A DNA stretch of 64,000 nucleotides from Polyangiales bacterium (lineage in GTDB: Bacteria > Myxococcota_A > Polyangia > Polyangiales > Polyangiaceae): NCBI GenBank assembly GCA_038231275.1, contig JBBRLQ010000038.1:1-64000 (forward strand), in the 5' to 3' direction. Position 1 is the first letter of the stretch; every line of letters begins with the position of its first letter. The notes below the pieces were generated by a model. It was given only the letters and a program-made list of their open reading frames with translations. It was not told where the DNA came from and ran no database searches. Shown here in pieces: positions 58,806 through 64,000 of the stretch. The translations under genes were made by a program, and so were the position numbers.

Positions 58806-60290
58806 ATGCGCGCACCGCACGTCCTCGTCGGGGTCTCGAGCCTGGGTCTTTTCGCCGCAGCGTGCGCGTTCGCGGGATGCGGCGGCGGAAGCAGCGGGAG
58901 CGGCGGCGGCGGTGACGACGCGAGCGCGGCCGACGGCACGATCGGCGACGGCGGCGTGCCCGACGACGGATCCGCGAGCGACGGCGCGATCGGCGAAGGC
59001 GCGGCCGACGTCACCCCTCACCCCGCAACGCTGCCCATCAAGCACATCGTCTTTCTCGTCAAAGAGAACCGCACGTTCGACAACTACTTCGGCAAATTCC
59101 CGGGCGCCAACGGCGCGACGAGCGGCAAGCTCTCCGACGGCGGCACGATGCCGCTCGGCAAGATGCCCGACAAGATCACGCCGGACATCTCGCACGCGTG
59201 GGCAGCGGCGGTCACCGCGTACGGCGACGGCGGGATGGATCGCTTCGATCTCCTCAACGGCGCGATCGGCGGCTCCAACAACTACGTGCAGGCGTCCGAA
59301 GCGGACATCCCGAACTACTGGGCGCTCGCCAAGGAGTTCGCCATCTCCGACAATTTCTTCTCGAGCCTCCACGGGCCGAGCTTTCCGAACCACCTCTATA
59401 CGATCGCGGCGCAGAGCGGCGGCGTGGAGGACAACCCCGGAAAGCAGGCCGCTGTCGGCGCTCCGACGATCGGCGCGTGCCCCACGGCGACGTCGTGCCC
59501 AGAGCCTGGCGAGGCGGGCCTCGAGCCCGACAACGTGACGCCGCTCACGCAGAAGAAGGGCGTATGGGGCTGCGATGCCGATCCGAAGGTACGGGTGCCC
59601 GTCCTCGATCAAGAGGGCGACGTCATCGAGATCTATCCGTGCCTCGATTTCCAGACGCTCGGCGACGAGCTCACGAACGCCGGCGTCAGCTGGAAGATGT
59701 ACGCGCCGGGACAAGGAATCGACGACGGCGGCTTCCAGGGCAGTGCGGGCTACATCTGGACGGTGTACGACGCGATTCGCCACATTCGCTCGAGTCCGGA
59801 GTGGAAGCAGCACGTCGTCATGACCGACCAGTTCGTCGTCGACGCGAAGGCCGGAAATCTCCCCGCGGTGAGCTGGATCTCGACCCCGTCGCCGGTGAGC
59901 GAGCACCCGCCGGCGAGCACCTGCGTCGGCGAGAACTGGACGCTGAGCCTCTTGCAGGCGATCGCCGACGGCCCGAACTGGAACGACACAGCGGTCTTCA
60001 TCACGTGGGACGATTTCGGCGGCTTCTACGATCACGTCGCGCCGTCGCAGATCGACAAGTTCGGCCTCGGCTTCCGCGTCCCGCTCATCGTCGTGTCGCC
60101 GTACGCGAAGAAGGGCTTCATCGACCACACGCAGGCGGAGTTCTCGAGCGTGCTGAAGTTCATCGAGACGAACTACACGCTGCCGGCGTTGACGGAGCGC
60201 GACAAGAACACCGTCGACATGACGCAGCTCTTCGACTTCACCCAGCCGCCGCGCCCGCTGCCGACGTTGACGCCGCGGACCTGTCCGTAG
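58806..60290 (+). CDS. Phosphoesterase/phospholipase C (AcpA/PlcH family) lipoprotein
   Basis: Lipobox [51 protein letters not shown]. Confidence 0.92.
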   Translation: MRAPHVLVGVSSLGLFAAACAFAGCGGGSSGSGGGGDDASAADGTIGDGGVPDDGSASDGAIGEGAADVTPHPATLPIKHIVFLVKENRTFDNYFGKFPGANGATSGKLSDGGTMPLGKMPDKITPDISHAWAAAVTAYGDGGMDRFDLLNGAIGGSNNYVQASEADIPNYWALAKEFAISDNFFSSLHGPSFPNHLYTIAAQSGGVEDNPGKQAAVGAPTIGACPTATSCPEPGEAGLEPDNVTPLTQKKGVWGCDADPKVRVPVLDQEGDVIEIYPCLDFQTLGDELTNAGVSWKMYAPGQGIDDGGFQGSAGYIWTVYDAIRHIRSSPEWKQHVVMTDQFVVDAKAGNLPAVSWISTPSPVSEHPPASTCVGENWTLSLLQAIADGPNWNDTAVFITWDDFGGFYDHVAPSQIDKFGLGFRVPLIVVSPYAKKGFIDHTQAEFSSVLKFIETNYTLPALTERDKNTVDMTQLFDFTQPPRPLPTLTPRTCP

Positions 60291-60294
60291 CGCC

Positions 60295-60516
60295 TCAGCG
60301 CCCTTGCGCGCCGCTCGTGATGTTCATCTCGCGGCAGCGATCGACGCACGCCGAATCGTCGGTGCACTGGCGCGAGCAGTCGGCGGCGCGGGATTTCTCC
60401 GTGCATTTCGGATCGCGCTCGCATTTGAGCGGGTCCTTCTTCGCGGCGGCCTCCATCGACGCGCACGCCGACGACGCGAGGAGCGACGCGAGGAGAGCGC
60501 TGCGGAGACGGGACAT
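60295..60516 (-). CDS. Small six-Cys lipoprotein (73 aa)
   Basis: MSRLRSALLASLLASSAC lipobox, then KCERDPKC..DCSRQC..ACVDRC; starts 5 bp after the lepB stop. Confidence 0.7.
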   Translation of the reverse strand: MSRLRSALLASLLASSACASMEAAAKKDPLKCERDPKCTEKSRAADCSRQCTDDSACVDRCREMNITSGAQGR

Positions 60517-60521
60517 GAGCC

Positions 60522-62033
60522 TTACTTTGCGCGCGGCGGGGTCGTCTTGTCGAGGGACGGTCGCTCGCGGAGACACTTGTCGAGCGGCGCCTCGAGGCTC
60601 TTCATCGACGCCGGCAAGCGCGGCCGTCCCATCACCGGCGCTCCGAGGCGCGACATGTCGACGCCGCTCTCCGACACGCTGAGCCACACGAAGAGCGCGC
60701 GCCCCTTCACGTTCTCGAACGGCACGCCGCCGCCCTGCCCGCCCCACCACATGCGCGAGTCGTGGCTGTTGTTGCGGTTGTCGCCCATCACGTACACCTC
60801 GCCGGGCTTCACGATGAAGGGGCCCTGGTACTCGGGGAAGCCGCCGGACGCGTGGTCGTAGAGCGTGAGGTACGCCTCGTCCTCGAGGAACTCGACGTAG
60901 AGGTCGCCCTCGTGGCGCGGCAGCGGCGAGTCGAGCTCGTTGTAGGAGTAGACGCCGACGTTGCAGCTCGGCACCTCCCACCCGTTCAAGATGGGGTGGC
61001 CGCTGCGCGCCTCGAGCTTGTCGCCGGGCGTGGCGATGACGCGCTTGATGAAGTCCTGCTCGGGGTGCTCCGGGAACGCGAAGACCATCACGTCGCCGCG
61101 ATCGGGCGGCATCTTGGTCCACACGCGCGTGTGCGTCCACGGGATGGCCGGGCCGTAGCTGAACTTGTTGACGAAGATGTGGTCGCCGACCTGGAGCGTC
61201 GGGATCATCGAGCCGCTCGGGATCTTGAACGCCTCGACGACGAACGTGCGCAGCGCCATCGCCACGGCGATCGCGACCAAGATCGACTCCAGGTACTCGC
61301 GCACCTCGCTCTTGCGCCAGCGGCCGAGCCGCACGTCCACCTCACCGTCGGCCTTCACGAGCGCGTCGACGAAGCGCTCCTCCTCGAAGGGCATCGCCTC
61401 CATCGCCGTCTCGAGGCCCTCGAGATCGACGCGGAGCTTCTCGCGCTCCTTCACCGTGAGGTCGCGGACGATGGCGCGCTCGTTCTTGTGGTAGATGGCC
61501 TCGGCCTCTTCGAGCAGCGACCGCGCACGCTCGAACGGCGCGCGCATCTGCTCCGGCACGTCGGGGCGCGCCGGGGGATGCGCGTACTGCGAGAGCGGAA
61601 GGTGGTGGCGGGCCGTCCACAGCGCCATCTCGAACAGCGTGAACGCGACGATGAGCACCGGCACTGGCTGATCGCCGACGATCGACTGGAGCCACGCGAA
61701 CGAGCCGGTCGGGATGACGCCGTTCGCCGGCGTGGCGAGCTCGCGAAAAATCTCCGCTAGCGCGGCCGGGACGAAGACGAACCACAAGGCCCAGTACAGC
61801 GTCTTGAACACGCGCCGACCGCGCGGGAGCGGCTGCTTCTCGCGCGAGCTGCGCGTCCGGTAGGGACCGCCGGCCCCTTGCTCCGCCTTCGCGTCGCTCG
61901 CCTTGGTCTCTTTGGTCTCTGCCGGCGGCTCGGTGGCGTCGCTCGCTTCCACGACGGCGTCGGCCTTCGCCTCGGTCGCCGCGGCGTCCTCGGACGCGCC
62001 CACGGCGTCGCCTTGCGTCTCGAGTTCTTTCAC
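60522..62033 (-). CDS. lepB: Signal peptidase I with a long N-terminal extension
   Basis: IPSGSMIPTL (catalytic Ser), DFIKRV (catalytic Lys), MGDNRNNSHDSR; GTG overlaps the upstream TGA. Confidence 0.92.
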   Translation of the reverse strand: MKELETQGDAVGASEDAAATEAKADAVVEASDATEPPAETKETKASDAKAEQGAGGPYRTRSSREKQPLPRGRRVFKTLYWALWFVFVPAALAEIFRELATPANGVIPTGSFAWLQSIVGDQPVPVLIVAFTLFEMALWTARHHLPLSQYAHPPARPDVPEQMRAPFERARSLLEEAEAIYHKNERAIVRDLTVKEREKLRVDLEGLETAMEAMPFEEERFVDALVKADGEVDVRLGRWRKSEVREYLESILVAIAVAMALRTFVVEAFKIPSGSMIPTLQVGDHIFVNKFSYGPAIPWTHTRVWTKMPPDRGDVMVFAFPEHPEQDFIKRVIATPGDKLEARSGHPILNGWEVPSCNVGVYSYNELDSPLPRHEGDLYVEFLEDEAYLTLYDHASGGFPEYQGPFIVKPGEVYVMGDNRNNSHDSRMWWGGQGGGVPFENVKGRALFVWLSVSESGVDMSRLGAPVMGRPRLPASMKSLEAPLDKCLRERPSLDKTTPPRAK

Positions 62034-63088
62034 GGAGCGTCGCCGATCTGGATCACGTAGTTGACCACGGCCGCGCGATCGTCGAACGCGTTCATCGGCG
62101 GCGCGACCTGCCCGGCCGAGGGAGTGTTGTCGAGCACCACGTAGTACATCCCGGGCGGAACCGGAAGCGCGCGCTGGTACGGCTGACCCGCGGTGACCAC
62201 GTCTCCCATGATCGGCGCCGCGGAGAGCGGCCCGGCGACCGCATAGTCGTAGAAGAGGCGTAGCGACGCGTCCCCGTCCTCCTTCCTCATGAGGAGCAGA
62301 TCGATCGCCTGCACGCCGTCCATCTGCGCCGTCAGGTAGAGCGCGCGGCCGCTCTCGGTCACCTCGATCGGCCCGATGAAGTCGCGCTCGTTCTGGTGCA
62401 CCTCGGTGCGCAGGTTCTCGTACGTGATGCGGCTCGAGCCGTGGATGTCGAACGGATGGACCGGCTTGTGCCCCTTCTCGACGATGCCGAGGACGACGTC
62501 GGGGTTCTTCATGTCCATGTCGGTGATGACGGTGAACCCTTCCCCGAGCTTTCCGGCCACGAGCTGGCGACCGAAATTCTCCCCGATGGGCGTCAGGGCG
62601 TTCAAGAACGAGGTCACCGGGTTTTCCACCTTGTTGATGCGAAAGTCGCTCGAAACGGCGTTTCGCGGACGGAAGTACGCGTACGCCAAACAGTCGTCGG
62701 AGATCAAAAAGTCCTGGTTGTATTGGACCGAGCCCGACATCGTGAAGGTGAGCTTTTTCGAGATGTTGGTGAAGGCGTACCCGAAGCCGCTGAACTGGAC
62801 GTACAGATCCCCGTTGCTTGCCTCCGACTGCTGGCAGGCCGTCGTGAAGTAGCGGCCGATGACCGGCGCGTCGTTGGCCATGCGTAGCGGCGCGTCGCGC
62901 GTCGTCATCTGCCGGCAGAACTCTTTGAGGCCGCTCGACATGATCGAGCGCCGGAGTGTGCGGTTCGACGGATCGTTGATGGGCCCGCGCAGGGCGCACG
63001 CGGCGCTCCCGGCGCAGTTGCACCCCGGTGCCGCGGCGCCGGCGAGGCCGAGCGCGAACAGAGCGAGGAGAGAAGGAAGCCTTCGCAC
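62030..63088 (-). CDS. Hypothetical exported protein/lipoprotein
   Basis: Signal peptide followed by APGCNC; balanced globular composition. Confidence 0.75.
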   Translation of the reverse strand: MRRLPSLLALFALGLAGAAAPGCNCAGSAACALRGPINDPSNRTLRRSIMSSGLKEFCRQMTTRDAPLRMANDAPVIGRYFTTACQQSEASNGDLYVQFSGFGYAFTNISKKLTFTMSGSVQYNQDFLISDDCLAYAYFRPRNAVSSDFRINKVENPVTSFLNALTPIGENFGRQLVAGKLGEGFTVITDMDMKNPDVVLGIVEKGHKPVHPFDIHGSSRITYENLRTEVHQNERDFIGPIEVTESGRALYLTAQMDGVQAIDLLLMRKEDGDASLRLFYDYAVAGPLSAAPIMGDVVTAGQPYQRALPVPPGMYYVVLDNTPSAGQVAPPMNAFDDRAAVVNYVIQIGDAP

Positions 63089-63187
63089 GAGGGCGTCCAG
63101 GGTACCGCACCTCTACGCGAAATACGCCCTCGGATGTGCCCCACAATCCCCGAGACGACGACCGGGGCGAAATGTACGCTCCTCGGC

Positions 63188-64000
63188 ATGAGCTCGAGGA
63201 AGGTCGCGGTTCTGGGGTCGGGCGCGTGGGGCACAGCGCTGGCGAAGGTGATCGCCGACAAGGGCGATCCGGTCAGCCTCTGGTCTAGGCGTGCCGACCT
63301 CTGCGACCAGATCAACGGGGCGCACGAGAACACGCGCTACCTGCCAGGCGCTGCGCTGCCGACGACGCTGCGGGCGACGCACGATTTGAAGGAAGCGCTG
63401 TCGGGCGCGTCGATGGTCGTGTTCGTGGTGCCGAGCCACGGGACGCGCGAGGTCGCGAAGATGGTCGCGCCACTGGTGCCGACGGACGTGCCGATCGTGA
63501 GCGCGACGAAGGGGATCGAGAACGAGTCGTTGATGTTCATGGATGAGGTGCTCGACGAGGAGCTGCCGAAGGCCGCCGCGAAGAACCTCGCGTACCTCTC
63601 GGGCCCCAGCTTCGCGAAGGAGCTGGCGCAAAAACAGCCGACCGCCGTCGTGATCGCGGCCCGCGACGCGATGGTGTGCGACATCGTGATGCGCCGCTTC
63701 CACACCGCGTACCTGCGCCTCTACAACTCGGACGACGTGCCGGGCGTCGAGTGCGGCGGCGCGATGAAGAACGTCGTGGCGATCGCCGCCGGCGCGATCG
63801 ACGGGCTCGGCCTCGGCCACAACACCCGCGCGGCGCTCATCACGCGCGGCCTCGCGGAGGTCGCCAAGCTCGCGATGGCGCGCGGCGGGACCGCGCTCAC
63901 CGTGGCGGGGCTCGCGGGGATGGGCGATCTCGTCCTCACGTGCACCGGCGAGCTCTCGCGAAATCGGACCGTCGGCTACGAGCTCGGAAAAGGGCGCAAG
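63188..64000 (+). CDS. gpsA: NAD(P)H-dependent glycerol-3-phosphate dehydrogenase, partial (runs off the window)
   Basis: Not in the ORF track. MSSRKVAVLGSGAWGTALA, NTRYLPG, SATKGIE, LSGPSFAKE, GGAMKNVVAIAAG, GLAGMGDLVLTCTGELSRNR. Confidence 0.96.
   Translation, partial: MSSRKVAVLGSGAWGTALAKVIADKGDPVSLWSRRADLCDQINGAHENTRYLPGAALPTTLRATHDLKEALSGASMVVFVVPSHGTREVAKMVAPLVPTDVPIVSATKGIENESLMFMDEVLDEELPKAAAKNLAYLSGPSFAKELAQKQPTAVVIAARDAMVCDIVMRRFHTAYLRLYNSDDVPGVECGGAMKNVVAIAAGAIDGLGLGHNTRAALITRGLAEVAKLAMARGGTALTVAGLAGMGDLVLTCTGELSRNRTVGYELGKGRK

Noticed and set aside
60522..63146. ORF-track N-terminal extensions suggesting fusions (lepB 874 aa, metB-like 649 aa, birA 502 aa, nadC 470 aa, GlnX-like 666 aa, FHA 504 aa)
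   Set aside because: The extensions are Arg/Gly/Pro-rich read-through into other genes' frames. True starts lie at the overlapping GTGA/ATGA junctions or next to -10 boxes.

Overview
Very GC-rich chromosomal window. Gene content (many Ser/Thr kinases, STAND-TPR proteins, Cys-rich lipoproteins, a Uma2 nuclease, an SctN/FliI ATPase, sigma54 promoters) points to a myxobacterium, probably Polyangiaceae/Labilithrix-like; this is an inference. About 48 genes are supported. Housekeeping genes: dnaJ, a Rep/UvrD helicase, a metB-like enzyme, proS, birA, nadC, a double-length uvrA, lepB, gpsA. Most of the long ORFs in the supplied track are antisense or off-frame shadows. I found no rRNA, tRNA, CRISPR array or transposase. 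Most interesting: (1) a ~9 kb actinobacterial-style signalling cluster (PknG-like kinase, zinc-ribbon/pseudokinase/PP2C, vWA, zinc-ribbon/FHA, GlnX-like membrane protein, coiled-coil protein) with no GlnH or GarA in the window and an antisense B-box gene inserted in it; (2) a 39-aa secreted CxCxxC-H peptide missed by the ORF track, heading an operon with an ECF sigma that has a shortened region 4 and a Cys-rich membrane protein, a candidate metal/redox-sensing module; (3) apparently widespread leaderless or near-leaderless transcription, from five sigma54 motifs and at least 11 TANNNT boxes just upstream of start codons. Several start codons were re-chosen by eye and are approximate.
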